Shown here piece by piece: positions 1 to 12,924 of a stretch of 64,000 bases of DNA (the stretch's first letter is position 1; every line of letters starts with the position of its first letter). The stretch is taken from contig CM120646.1 of the NCBI GenBank assembly GCA_051362555.1, forward strand, positions 8,804,001 to 8,868,000, in the 5' to 3' direction. Position numbers and translations under genes: made by a program. The DNA comes from Lingula anatina (Eukaryota > Animalia > Brachiopoda). Below the pieces are notes generated by a model. It saw nothing but the letters and a program-made list of their open reading frames with translations, was not told the origin of the DNA and did not search any database.

Positions 1-31
1 TCGGATGGCAGTTTGGGCTCTGTTTCAAAAC
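1..31 (-). CDS. ANKMY2: ANKMY2 coding exon 6, partial (GFETEPKLPS...), runs off the window
   Basis: tttgtag acceptor at 32-38; continues the frame with EPKLP as in vertebrate GLDKEPKLPP. Confidence 0.88.
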
Positions 32-747
32 CTACAAATACAAGAGAAATGATAGAGGGGTAATCAGTAGTATAGCTAGTAATCATGGTGTTTTAGCCAT
101 CTGTAGTAAGCTCTCTGTAACCTACAGTTGTGATTAATTTAATGCTTTAATATTCCCAGTAATTAACTTTCAGAATATATCACTGCTTGTGCCACAGTAC
201 AACTGAGGACTAGACAACAAAGCTTGCAGATACTGAACACAAAAACACCCTTTACATAGCACAATATATAATATACAATAGATAATAGCATTACAAAATG
301 TGTATAATTTTGTGGAAATAAAACATTTTTGAATTTTAACAAACAGCCACTCACAAAAATTTAAAGTAATAAATAAGATTTGGCAGATCTAGCATGAACA
401 ACAGATTTATATTGGGCAGTGGCAGCAGAGACAGGGATTCAAGAATTATAATATGTAGACATAATAATACATATAAAAGCAATTCTGTCTGTAAAACTGA
501 TCAGGAGTCAGGTAAATGGTGGCAAACATTGTTGCTTCATGTAAATGCAAAACTGTCATCTTTTTCAGTGCCTGTCACTGTTTTTCAACAATCTCATATG
601 AATGAAAAATGTAGTTACTGATCGTCTCAGCCAGATGAACTTTAATGCAACACCAGAGAACTTTTATGCAACAACAGAGAACGTTAATGCAAACATCTAA
701 GATATCAAAAATGGCACTTGCACTATTTAAACATTTTTGATAGAACC

Positions 748-1105
748 AATCCCCAGTCCCACTTTGCTACATTACCTTTTGGCACTTCTCTTGGTAGATA
801 GAAGCATTATTGTGGAAGACCTGAACCCATCCCTAGTCCCACTTTGCTACATTACCTTTTGGCACTTCTCTTGGTAGATAGAAGCATTATTGTGGAAGAC
901 CTGAAACCATCCCTAGTCCCACTTTGCTACAATACATTTTGGCACTTCTCCTGGTAGATAGAAGCATTATTGTGAAGGACCTGAACCCATCCCCAGTCCC
1001 ACTTTGCTACATTACCTTTTGGTACTTCTCTTGGTAGATAGAAGCATTATTGTGAAGGACCTGAACCCATCCCCAGTCCCACTTTGCTACATTACCTTTT
1101 GGCAC
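748..1105. repeat. 80-bp tandem repeat, about 4.5 copies, overlapping the ANKMY2 exon 5 donor
   Basis: gg(c/t)acttctc at 781, 861, 941 and 1021, with ggcac again at 1101. Confidence 0.95.
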
Positions 1106-1170
1106 AGTGTAATATTCCAGAACATCTCTGCTGAAGTAATTGTTGATAATGGAAACACACTGGTGCTGGC
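1096..1170 (-). CDS. ANKMY2: ANKMY2 coding exon 5 (GQHQCVSIINNYFSRDVLEYYTVPK-G)
   Basis: ttgcag acceptor and AAG|GTAATG donor; 75 nt; matches [26 protein letters not shown]. Confidence 0.94.
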
Positions 1171-1225
1171 CTGCAATAACAATGCTGGAGTCAAAATGGG
1201 GAGCTAAAGACACTTCAAACATACA

Positions 1226-2904
1226 ACAAGGCAGCAAAAATGTCAAATGTAGGGAGAAAAAGCAGAGAATAATGAAGTACAAAATACTGATGCAATAATA
1301 CATTATGCTTAACAGCAAAGCCAAAAACAAATTTAATTATGCACAACAGGTAATAGGGCTGTAAGTAAAATGTGTAACTAGCAGAAAGCTTCATGAAAGT
1401 TCAAGTTCACACTTAGAAAATGCCAGAATGAGAAAAATTCAAGAAAAAATGACAATCCAATATAGCTGGTTTTCCAATTTGAGCTGTACTTCAACTCTAA
1501 GAAACATTCTTGTAAGTTACAAAATAGTTAGTAACACAGTTTCTCTTTTATAACCTTTGTGGTGGTAGTACACAAAATCTTTTTTTTTTGTCAATTTGGT
1601 GCAATATTACATAATGATTAACAGCATAATCACCAAATTTTAAATTTCTACTATACTTAACAAGGGTATTTAGAAAAATTTACCATTTGGTTTCATGGTC
1701 GTGGGAGTCCCACTTTGGAAATGCCAATATGTGACAAATAAAAAATTCATTAAGAACTGCATTGCTTCCAGGAGGGAATACAATCAGACTGGTTTTCCAG
1801 CTGCATTTCAGTCCTATGAATCTTTTCAGTAATTTTGAGAATCTTGGTTTTCCTTCAATTCTGATTCAATATTACATAATGCCTAACAGCATAATGACCA
1901 TCAATTTTTGATAATAGAATAAAAGTATCATGGACATTCAGAAATGTGACTAGCAAAGGTTTTCTATCCCATGGAAGTTCAAAGTCACACCTAGAAAATG
2001 CCATTATGTGAAAATTAAAATTTCACAAAAAAAAATGTAACTTTCAGAAATATAAACCAATCAGACTAGATGTATGAGTGTCAAGCAAAATTTTTACTGA
2101 ATTTATATGGCAAATTAGCTAAGCATAAGGTGTACTACATAAAGTTTTCTAAAATGTCTGAGTATTTCATGAAATCATATATGTTCTCTATTAATCTGTG
2201 TCAATTACATATAATAAATATCAACCTTAGATGCTAACATTTGTAACAAACACAAACCAAACAGATTCCAAAAAACAATGATGCCAGATTTGTAAACATT
2301 CATAACTACTACTGTTACTATGACACAAAACATTGCCAGGATTAGAAAATATGAATTAAAATTTATCATACAGAAAAAAACAAGGCAGCAAAGCTGTCAA
2401 ATGTACAGACAAAAACCAGAAAATAAAAATGCAGGAAATAGGATACTGTCAATTCTGATGAACTAATGTATTATGCTTACTGTAACTGCATAGCCAACAT
2501 CAAATTCTTATTCTGCATAACATTGGATTAGGATGAAAGTAAAATGTGTATCAAGCATTAGACTAAGTTCCCATACCTAGATCAATCTAACAGGATCAAT
2601 CCAACTCCAAGGGGTTTCTCACTAAATTGCTTTCAGTTTGAGAGTCTCAGGATTCTGGCATGCCAGTTTCAGTAGGCGTGACAGACAACTAAGCCACTTA
2701 CATTGATTGCAATTTAGCGAGAATTCCCATGGAGATAGATCGATCCACAGTTAGCGTGATAGGGTCTGGAAATAGTCCCTGAGGTGTCAGGCTGATAATT
2801 AAGAGTTAAACTATGGAAATGCCAGAATGAGGTACAGTGAAAATTACACACAAAAAAAAAAATTGCTTAAACTCATTAAAAAAAAATATATATATATATT
2901 ATTA

Positions 2905-2944
<40 letters not shown>

Positions 2945-5900
2945 ATGTCAATGCTAAGAATCATTCTTGTAACTTAACAAAATACAGAAAATGTTACAAA
3001 GTAAGAGTACAGGGCTCCTGGCAGATGGGAGTGATAAGTCACAACTTGAAAATGCCAGTATAGCACTCTATAAACCTGCATTGCCTCCAAAACAGAAAAC
3101 AATCACACTGGTTTTCAAACACAAGCTGCGCACTTCTGTCTTATGAAACTTTTCACTAAGTTTCAGTATCGTAAGTAACATGGTTTTCCCTTAATCGCTA
3201 TCCTGGCAGCAGTGTCCAAAATAGGGTTTTCTTCAACTTTCATGCAATAAAACATAATACTTAACAGCATAATGACCATCAAATTTTTTATAAAAAAATT
3301 AAAGTATCATGAATATTCAGAAAATGTGATTTGGGAAGGTCTTCAAGGCCATGGAAGTTCAGAGTCACACTTTCAAAATGCCAAAATGTAAACAAGAGAT
3401 AACTGTACTGAAATGATTTTCTTTCCATTTTCAACACCTTTTTTAAAACAAAATGATCAATAAACTGTCATTTTTAAATGTTCAACTAGGAAAATTGTTG
3501 ACATAGGAAAAATATCAATAGAACAATTTTCAATGTCCAATTTGCTCCATTTGCAGATGCTGAACATAGTGAATGATTAAATCTGACAAACTGCAATGAT
3601 GAGTTCCTTTCCATTTATGATACTTTATTACACAATGCACAATATTATAACAGGTTTACCGTCATTTTTATATAATCAACAAACAATATTGTTAAGAAGC
3701 AGAAAATGTCAAAACAACACTTTTACATATCTTATTAGTTCCATAATGAGACTGTTAACATGCCTAAGAATTAAATCTGAAGAAATAACAATTATATACA
3801 AAAATACAGAAAATGCACAGCACTTCTGGTGGATGGGAGTATAAAATCACATCTTGAAGATGCTAGTGTTTGAAAAATGATTTTAAAAAAATTTTTAATA
3901 AAACGTAAAAAATTCCAATAAAGCTGCTATTCAAACTTTTAATCTAGCTGTATTAACTTGATATTAATAACCCCACCAAGTTTGAGAAAAATAAAGCACT
4001 GTTATGCATCTATAGCATGTTGGCATAACACATTCTTTTTGTTGTAAATTATTTGCAATGTTAAACACCATTTATCTGCACAATTATCACCAAATCCTAA
4101 TTTTGTGACACAGTTAAGAGAGCTAAACCTATGGGACTTTACAGGGAAATCTCAAGGAGTGTTTTATGTAATCTCATTGAATGGCCAATTGAAAATTAAT
4201 GAGTAGGCAAGTAACTTTATAGACCTTAATTTAATTAGTGATCACCCAAGGGACAATTTTAAAGACTGCTATCCATACAGTACCGTCATATAGCACAAAG
4301 GTGTTGCATACATGCTGAAAAAAGTGAAAAAACAGCATTACTTCCCTAAAAATGACCCGATCATGCTGATTTTCAAACTTAACCTGCGTATTATGTATAT
4401 TCATTAGTTCTGCAAGTTTCAAACCAAAAGGTTAAATGGTTTTCCACTTATCATGTTATCAGTGTTGCATATATGCTGAAAAAAGTGAAAAACAGCATAA
4501 CTTCCCTAAAAATGACCTAATCATACTGATTTTCAAACTTGACCTGCGTATTATGAATATTCATCAGTTCTGTAAGTTTGAAACCAAAAGGTAAAATGGT
4601 TTTCCACTTATCGTGTTATCGGTGCTGCATATATGCTGAAAAAAGTGAAAAAACAGCATAACTACCCTAAAAATGACCCGATCATGCTGATTTTCGAACT
4701 TGACCTGCGTAATATGAATATTCATTAGTTCTGCAAGTTTCAAGCCAAAAGGTAAAATGATTTTTCACTTATCATGTTATCAGTGTTGCATATATGGTGA
4801 AAAAAGTGAAAAACAGCATAATTTCCCTAAAAATGACCTGATCATGCTGATTTTCAAACTTGACCTGCATATTATGAATATTCATCAGTTTTGTAAGTTT
4901 CAAGGGAAAAAGTAAAATGGTTTTCCACTTATCGTGTTATCGGTGCTGCATATATGCTGAAACAAGACAGCACTGTTCTGCAATGGGTTTACTTCCATTT
5001 TTAAAACACTTTTTAAACATAAAACAAAATAAACAGTTTTCTACCATTTGTATATGATCAACTAAGAAAATTGATGAGATGGGAAAAATATCAATAGAAC
5101 AGTGTTAAATGTTCAATTTCCTCCATTCTGAGATAATGAATATAGTAGATGATTGAATCTGACAAACTGCAATGATATTTGTTCATTTCCATTTTTGACA
5201 CTTTATAACATAATACACAATAACAAGTTTACCATCATTTTTACATAATCAACTAACAATGTTATAAAGATGCAGGAAATGTCAAACAAACACTTTTACG
5301 TATCTTATTAGTTCACTAATGAGACTGTTAACTTGCCTAACAATTGAATCTGAGGAAATAAGAAAAAACAGCATAACTTCTAAAAGAATGGCCCGATTAT
5401 GCTGATTTTGGAACTCAACCTGCGTTTTAGTTAGTTTGACTACTCCTGTGAGTATAATGACAATTGGCCTATCTGTTTTTCTTATATTGTGTTATTAGCG
5501 TTGCATATATGTTGAAAGAAGTGAAAAACAGCATAACTTCCCTAAAAATGGCCCAATCATGCTGATTTTCGAACTTTACCTGTGTATTATGAATATTCAT
5601 CAGTTCTGTAAGTTTCAAGCCAAAAGGTAAAATGGTTTTCCATTTATGGTGTTATCGGTGCTGCATATATGCTGAAAAAAGAGAAAAAATAGCCTAAATT
5701 CACTAAAAATGACCCAATCACGCTGATTTTCGAACTTGACCTGCGTACTATAAATATTCATCAGATCTGTAAGTTTAAAGCCAAAAAGTAAAATGGTTTT
5801 CCACTTATCGTGTTATCGGTGCTGTATATATGCTGAAAAAAGTGAAAAAACAGCATAAATTCCCTATAAGTGACCCAATCATGCTGATTTTCGAACTTGA

Positions 5901-6246
5901 CCTGCGTATTATGAATATTCATCAGTTCTGTAAGTTTCAAGCCAAAAGGTAAAATGGTTTTCCACTTAACATGTTATCGGTGCTGCATATATGCTGAAAA
6001 AAGTGAAAAAACAGCATAAATTCCCTATAAGTGACAGGATCATGCTGATTTTCGAACTTGACCTGCGTATTATGAATATTCTTCAGTTCTGTAAGTTTCA
6101 AGCCAAAAGAAAAAACAGTTTTCCACTTATCGTGTTATCGGTAAAAGTGCACGGCGACGGCGACGACGGCGACGGCGACGGCGACGGCGACGACAGACGC
6201 AGATGATGGCTATATGTACAGACACATCTGTGTCTGTACATAAAAA
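1226..6246 (-). mobile_element. Nested stack of HINE family 1 (non-autonomous Helentron-like) filling ANKMY2 intron 4
   Basis: 5' hairpin TATGTACAGACAC-agat-GTGTCTGTACATA at about 6213-6242, followed by a CGT/CGC microsatellite and ~120-bp tandem repeats (4300-4960, 5500-6145); 3' ends (GTCTGTACAT-TTGACAGCTTTGCTGCCTTGT) at 2380 and, degenerate, at 1226. Confidence 0.8.
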
Positions 6247-6263
6247 GTAAAAATCAATTTCAC

Positions 6264-6362
6264 CTGTGAAAGCTGCCATCTGCGAAGCATTTCTCCCAAC
6301 AGAATTTATGTAGTCAGTTCTAGCACCAGCATCCAGCATAAGTTTGACAACCTCTGTGTTAC
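6264..6362 (-). CDS. ANKMY2: ANKMY2 coding exon 4 (GNTEVVKLMLDAGARTDYINSVGRNASQMAAFT-G)
   Basis: ttcacag acceptor and G|GTGAA donor; 99 nt, phase 1-1; NSVGR..QMAAF motif of ANKMY2. Confidence 0.95.
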
Positions 6363-9051
6363 CTGTGAAGACAAAACTGCTCTATGATACTACACATAGC
6401 AAGTTATGAAACAGACGCTGACATTTAAGATCAAAGTATTTTCTTTTGATGCATTACTTCACAAAAGACTGAAGTGATTTTGCAATAAGATGTTATCAGA
6501 TTAATCACAGGGAGATGTTTTCATTAAATTTAATCAGCTACAGCTGTCAAATGCATAGACACCTAAATCAAAGACTGAGCAAATAATATACTGAACCAAA
6601 ATATAAAAGCACGAATCAAAAGTGGTGAGTAAAAATATGATTACAAGAAATGTAATTTCTCAAATTTCAAATTTCAATCTCAAATTTGTGTCACTTGTGT
6701 ATTGTTTTGGTTTGTATTGCTGAAACCAACTGGTTCAGTTTCATTCAGCCACACCCAGTGAGTATGTGTCAGAGTTGAGTGTTTCCACCCAGGACAGTAG
6801 CAGGGCATGACAGAGGTGTTGGTCAAATTTGTAACAATAAATAACGCCTTAAGTGCACTGCTCTGTGTGAGGCCAATGAAGAACACACCCAAAAGCGATT
6901 CTGGCAGCCAGAAACTAGTGTCGTTTTTGGAAAACGATCCTGGTACTCAGAATGGGAGTGGATAGAGGGAGAGATGGGCGGCGATTAGTGTCTACCCCGG
7001 CCAGGTAACCTTCACTGTGGAAGCCGGGCTTAGTGTAACCGTTGCTCCTTTTCGTGCGCTGAAGCTGAGATGACAGACGATCGGTGTCTATGGCTCACGT
7101 ACAGGTAGCCTTCATCGGTGATTAGCGTCTTCCACGACCAGGGCCTCGTAACTCAAAGGCATCACGCATTGCGAATAGTGATATCACATAGAGTCTACAA
7201 TGTATTATATGGGGCGAGTATGGGCGAGTTATGGAATCGAGACGCTTGTGCTTGGTCGCAATGTTTTTGAGTTATGGGGCCCAGGTTCATTGCTTTTACC
7301 GTTAAAGTCGGGCTGAGCTTTACGTGCGAGTGCTTCCTCACCTCACCGTGCGCTGGTCAGTGTTTTCGACGCATACGTAGCCTTTATGCAGAAGCCGGCC
7401 TCAGCATTACGGCCTCTCTCCCCCGTGCAGCGAGGCCACTACAACTGCAGATCGGTATGTACAGCGCACAGATAGCCTTCACCACGGCAGCTGAACTGTG
7501 TATTATGGTTTCTCTCCCCGATGGGCGATTTTAAGGTGTACGAAATCCACGAAAATCATGATTGCGCAAAAATTGATTACTGGTAGAAATTCATGGTCCA
7601 TAAAAAACTCCAGACTGCCGATTTTAAGATCGTTCGAAATTTAAGAGCCATTCTAAATTCATGGCACATTACCGTAAACCTCCGTGAACTTAGAATTTGG
7701 CCCCCCTGTGCTCTTCATGCTATTACTAATTGATTTCCAAATGACTATTATGCCCAAAATTAATGCTTAGTTATTAAGGAATATAAACTGTTATTATTGG
7801 TCATATATTGTTGATAACAAAATAAAAATAATTCACTTTTACTTTTTTCTTTGTGTTTTTATATTTTGCTTCAGTAATATCATGTAATATCATGAAACAT
7901 GTTTTAACACTGTCTTATTTAATTATACATAGATGGTCAGAGAGCCAATGTCACCCCTCGGTATGTATCACAAGTTGAATTAGGCACATGAAAGGGGTAA
8001 TAACAAATATAAATAGGTAAAGAGCAATGGCTTTTTCAATATTGGCATTCAATGGCTGACATCCCCATGAAAATGTACATATTGACCAGTTTAAAGCAAT
8101 GAATGGTTTACATCAATGGAGAGATGTATGACAATAGTAAAATGCAATCCCTAAACTATCAACAGGGTAAAAAAAATACAATTTTAAAAATAACGGACAA
8201 GGGGATTTCAAAATATCAACTTGTGCCAATTTTCTCCAGTGGAAATTATTAAAAGATGCCCTTTTTTTTATCCCAACCTACCAAACAAAGACCACAAGCA
8301 AATGTAAACAAATTTATGTCTTATGATAATTATAAAAATGATTAATTTTGATGTTTTTACATTTATAGGCTCTCTAAATAACATAGTATACAATGTATGC
8401 AGATTACTGCATGGCTATAATCTTATTAAGTGTGTAGTATCAAATAGGCAGTGTCCAGTTTATAATGTAAAAATTGCAATTACACTTATCTTGACCCTCT
8501 CCTCTATCTGGAAGTATGTTTCTTTACCGGAGAACAATTATCCACTTACTTTTCAGTTAAGTTAATATAACAAAATGGAAATGCACTCATAAATAGATTA
8601 TTATTCACCACCAGAAAGTGACTTTGGAAGTAATGATTTATGAGGAACAAGGATAAAAGCTCTAAGGTAGGAGTTTTGGAAATTTCGACATACCCAGGAG
8701 TCAGAGAACATAATTTTGAAATTTTCATCGGATTCACACAATTTAAATTACTAATTAATTTTAAAGTGAAGATATTTTCAAGTCTTTACTGTGATTTCAG
8801 AAAAAAAATGGACCAATCAAGCTGATTTGAACTCCACCTGTATTTTATGAATATTCATCAGTACTGTAAGTTTGAAGACAAAAGGTAAAATGGTTTTCTA
8901 GTTATTGAGTTTTCTGTAGAAGTGCACAACGAAGAAGACAGCTGACAGACACAGGAGATGGCTAGATTTATACAGACACAATGGGTCTGTACATAAATTA
9001 AGATGCCACAGTACAGATAATGGATAGTTGAAAATACCTTTCCTTCCTTAC

Positions 9052-9190
9052 CTGACAGTGCAGCAAACATGAGAGCAGTATAGCCATACTCATGCTCGTG
9101 AGAGTTGACATTAGCCCCATGTGCCAGCAGGAGTTCACATACAGCCTTTTTGCCCTTGTAGGCTGCATGCTGCAGAGGGGTCATGCCATG
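9052..9190 (-). CDS. ANKMY2: ANKMY2 coding exon 3, ankyrin repeats ([47 protein letters not shown])
   Basis: aaacag acceptor and G|GTAAG donor; 139 nt; close match to ANKMY2 GMTPLMHAAYKG...[15 protein letters not shown]. Confidence 0.96.
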
Positions 9191-9386
9191 CTGTTTAAAA
9201 ACAAACAAATAATAAGAATGCTGTAGTTAGAGAATAAAAGGTAAATAGATTTTTAACTGATAATGTTGCAATCTACTTGGGGACAATTTCCATTTTTTCT
9301 TTATTCATAATCCAGTACATAATTATGTACATTCTTTATATTCTTACAAAAAGAGGTGAGCTAATTTCCCACAATTTATGCATGTA

Positions 9387-9650
9387 TGAGGCCATTCAGA
9401 ATAGAAAAACCAAATATCAACTGGTCCAAGGCTTAAATATGGCGGACTGTACCTCTCACACGCCTCCCCATGTGTCATCTCTGCAGGGGCACAGTAATTA
9501 AATCTCGGCTCTATTCGACCAGATGCATGAGAAGGCGGGTGAGAGGCGGAGAGACTATTACAGGATTAAGCAGTTTTCCTTTCATGTAGGGTCTGCCATA
9601 TTTGAGCCTTGGACCAGTTGATACTCAGATCCTCTATTCTGAATGGCCCC
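9387..9650. mobile_element. MITE with ~55-bp imperfect TIRs
   Basis: ggccattcagaataga...aactggtccaaggcttaaatatggc mirrored by gccatatttgagccttggaccagtt...tctattctgaatggcc. Confidence 0.8.
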
Positions 9651-10099
9651 TATGATTTCAAAACCTTTAAATTCAAATTTTTTTTTAAGAAAATAGACTA
9701 TTCAATTGTATGACAAGCCATTTAATTATAATTAAAAACAAAATTACAAAACTGGACCAACTGTAGCAGTTCAGTGCTAGAAATTTTCATGAATCCTGGA
9801 AAATGTTTTATTTGTACCATTAAGCACCAAAATGGAATGAATGATCTTTTGCAACAATTTAAATTGGTGTAAAATCACTAGTATAATTTAACTGGCATAA
9901 CATTCTTTGATTGTGACAGGAGTAGCAACCTTGAAAATATGAATTTTATAATATACAGAAATAACATTTACCATTGTAAATCAACTATTCTTGATCACAA
10001 AATTTTACCAATATTCTTCAATTAACATTTTTATTAAAAGAGAAAATGGTTGTGTGAGGTTAAACCCCTGATAGTGCAGAGCCTGGTGGGCAAACGTAC

Positions 10100-10164
10100 C
10101 GTGTCCATGCAGTCTACTCGCACATCTGGCTCATTCAGTAAATGCGTCACTTCGTCAACTTTTC
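10100..10164 (-). CDS. ANKMY2: ANKMY2 coding exon 2 (GKVDEVTHLLNEPDVRVDCMDT)
   Basis: ttttcaacag acceptor with CTGAC branch-like site and GTACGT donor; 65 nt, phase 1 to 0; matches vertebrate GTVQEAGTLLSSKNVRVNCLDE; missed by the ORF track. Confidence 0.9.
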
Positions 10165-10350
10165 CTGTTGAAAAAGAGTATGTCAGAAATTAAAACAAGG
10201 CAGCAACACTGTAAAATGTACAGACAAAAAGCAGAAAATAATAAAGCACAAAATAGGCTACTATCAATTCTGATATAATAATACATTACACTTAACAGCA
10301 AAGTCAACATCAAATTTTCACAAGGCAGCAAAGCTGTCAAATGAAGCAGA

Positions 10351-12924
10351 AAACTAGAGGATCAGAGAGGCGATACCGCCTCCGAATATTGTACCACCAG
10401 CTGGAGCAAGCGCATTCGTATAGACCCCCACATACACAAAATAAGGGACACAGCCACCAGTCTTTTGCTTGACAAGCTGTAAAAATGCAATCAAAAAGAA
10501 TTTTCAAAATATGCAAAAAAAATATATATAACTTAAAATGGTACAATCAAAGTTAAGTTCATCAAAAGGTAGGTCAAAGGTCAATTTCACAGTAAGATTG
10601 CCAGTATATGACTTCCTATTCAAGTTCAATAGTAACTATGGACCTATCTCTGCCAGGTTAGGAGTTAAAAGAGAAAGAAATTAGCAGAGTTCAGTTCATG
10701 GTGAAAAGTTGGTCAAAGGTCAATTTTAAGGTCACATTAAGATTGCCAGTATATGACTTCCTATTCAACTTCAATAGTAACTATAGACCTATCTCATCCA
10801 GTTTTGGAGATAAAAGGGAAGCAAAATTTGTAAAGTTCAGTTCATGGTGAAAAGTAAGTCAAAGGTCAATTTTAAGGTCACATTAAGATTGCCAGTATAT
10901 GGCTTCCTATTCAACTTCAATAGTAACTGTGGACCTATCTCTGCCAGTTTTGGAGATAAAAGGGAAGCAAAATTTGTAAAGTTCAGTTCATGGTGAAAAG
11001 TAGGTCAAAGGTCAATTTTAAGGTCACATTAAGATTACCAGTATATGACTCCCTATTCAACTTCACTAGTAACTTTGGACCTATCTCTGCCAGTTTGGGA
11101 GATAAAAGGGAAGCAAAATTTGCAAAGTTCAGTTCGTGATGAAAATTGGGTCAAAGGTCAATTTCAAGGTCACATATAGATTGCCAGTGTATGACTTCCT
11201 ATTCTAGTTCAATAGTAACTATGGACCTATCTCTGCCAGTTTTGGATATGCAAGGGGATGCAAAATTTGCAAAGTTCAGTTCATGGTGAAAAGTAAGTCA
11301 AAGGTCAATTTCAAGGTCACATTTAGATTGCCAGTATGACTTCCTATTCAAGTTCAATAGTAACTATGGACCTATCTCTGCCAGTTTTGGAGATAAAAGG
11401 GCAGCAAAATTTGCAAAGTTCAGTTCGTGGTGAAAAGTAGGTCAAAGGTCAATTTCAAGGTCACATTTAGATTGCCAGTGTATGACTTCCTATTCAAGTT
11501 CAATAGTAACTATGGACCTATCACTGCCAGATTTGGAGATAAAAGGGCAGCAAAATTTGCAAAGTTCAGTTCATGGTGAAAAGTAGGTCAAAGGTCAATT
11601 TCAAGGTCACATTTAGATTGCCAGTGTATGACTTCCTATTCAAGTTCAATAATAACTATGGACCTATCTCTGCCAGATTTGGAGATAAAAGGGCAGCAAA
11701 ATTTGCAAAGTTCAGTTCATGGTGAAAAGTAGGTCAAAGGTCAATTTCAAGGTCACATTTAGATTGCCAGTGTATGACTTCCTATTCAAGTTCAATAGTA
11801 ACTATGGACCTATCTCTTCCAGATTTGGAGATAAAACGGCAGCAAAATTTGCAAAGTTCAGTTCATGGTGAAAAGTAGGTCAAAGGTCAATTTCAAGGTC
11901 ACATTTAGATTGCCAGTGTATAACTTCCTATTCAACTTCAATAGTAACTATGGACCTATCTCTGCCAGTTTTGTCCAAATTTTATCCAGAATTGTGCAAA
12001 AGATGATAAAAGCATGAAATTTTCCACGATGAATGACCATTGGGTGTTTGCCAACCCCCCGAATCCAAAATAGATGAACACCCAATGGTCACTCATCCCG
12101 GAAAGTGTCATGCTTTTATCATCTATTGCACAATTCTGGATAAAATTTGGACTTAGCCACCTGACTATACCGAACTGCACATTTTGCTTTCAACACCAAT
12201 ATGTACTTTTTGATAGCGTAACTCGAAAACCGTTTGGAATACAAAAAAACGGAGACCACCTCCAGTGTTGGGCTTTACATGCTCTACAAAATGCAAAAAA
12301 GAATGGGTCTCTAGCATTAACGGCTCCCGAATTAGAGACAGTTTTCAGTTTCGGCATCTTATGGCCGCTACTCTCGTGAAAATGCACCGATTGACCCCAA
12401 ATTCACGGAGATGAAAGATGACCCCAAGGGTAACACTTTCCAATAATATTATTGGTTAAGTCTGTCTGGTTTCTGAATAACAGCGCAAATTTTTTTTTTT
12501 TCGTAAAAAAATACATTTTTTTGAAAATTTTAGCCTGTTTGACCTTGAAAGAAAGGTCAAAGGTCAAATCCAAGGGCATATTTGAAATCTACACATATGA
12601 CTTTTGGAAAGCCGTCTGTAGAAAATTTTCCCATAATTCCTTCCGTAGGGTAGATAATTAGCATTTAATTTTGCCATTTTTGGTCAAGGGTGTATTTCAA
12701 TGAGTGCCACACCTAGACCCCAGCACCGACAAAGCCCAAATTTTACGTGGAACGAGTTGAGATTATAGGTGACCTAAATCCAAGAGATGGGTATGGCAGG
12801 CCTTACCGTCTAGGAGGAGAAGCGGTAACGGTGAGATGGCGCAGAGCCAGAGGAGCCGGCGGAACATGCGGGTCGGGACTAAAACCATGTGTACCGCCAG
12901 CGCCTACGCTGGTGGTACAATAAA
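10351..12924 (-). mobile_element. HINE family 2 element carrying a 120-bp satellite
   Basis: 5' hairpin GTACCACCAGCG..CGCTGGCGGTAC near 12891-12918; 3' end GCTGGTGGTAC subterminal copy, GAGGCGGTATCGCCTC stem-loop and CTAGTT at 10351-10405; related copy at 50341-56058. Confidence 0.8.
10560..11972. repeat. 120-bp tandem satellite, about 11-12 units, inside HINE family 2
   Basis: Unit contains aggtcaaaggtcaatttcaaggtcacatttagattgccagtgtatgacttcctattcaagttcaatagtaactatggacctatctc. Confidence 0.95.

Noticed and set aside
8858-9208. ORF-track 116-aa ankyrin protein as a stand-alone gene
   Set aside because: Only 9052-9190 is exonic; the rest is read-through into introns
10560-11972. Regular repeats as a CRISPR array
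   Set aside because: Whole units are repeated with no unique spacers; eukaryotic intron context; no cas genes
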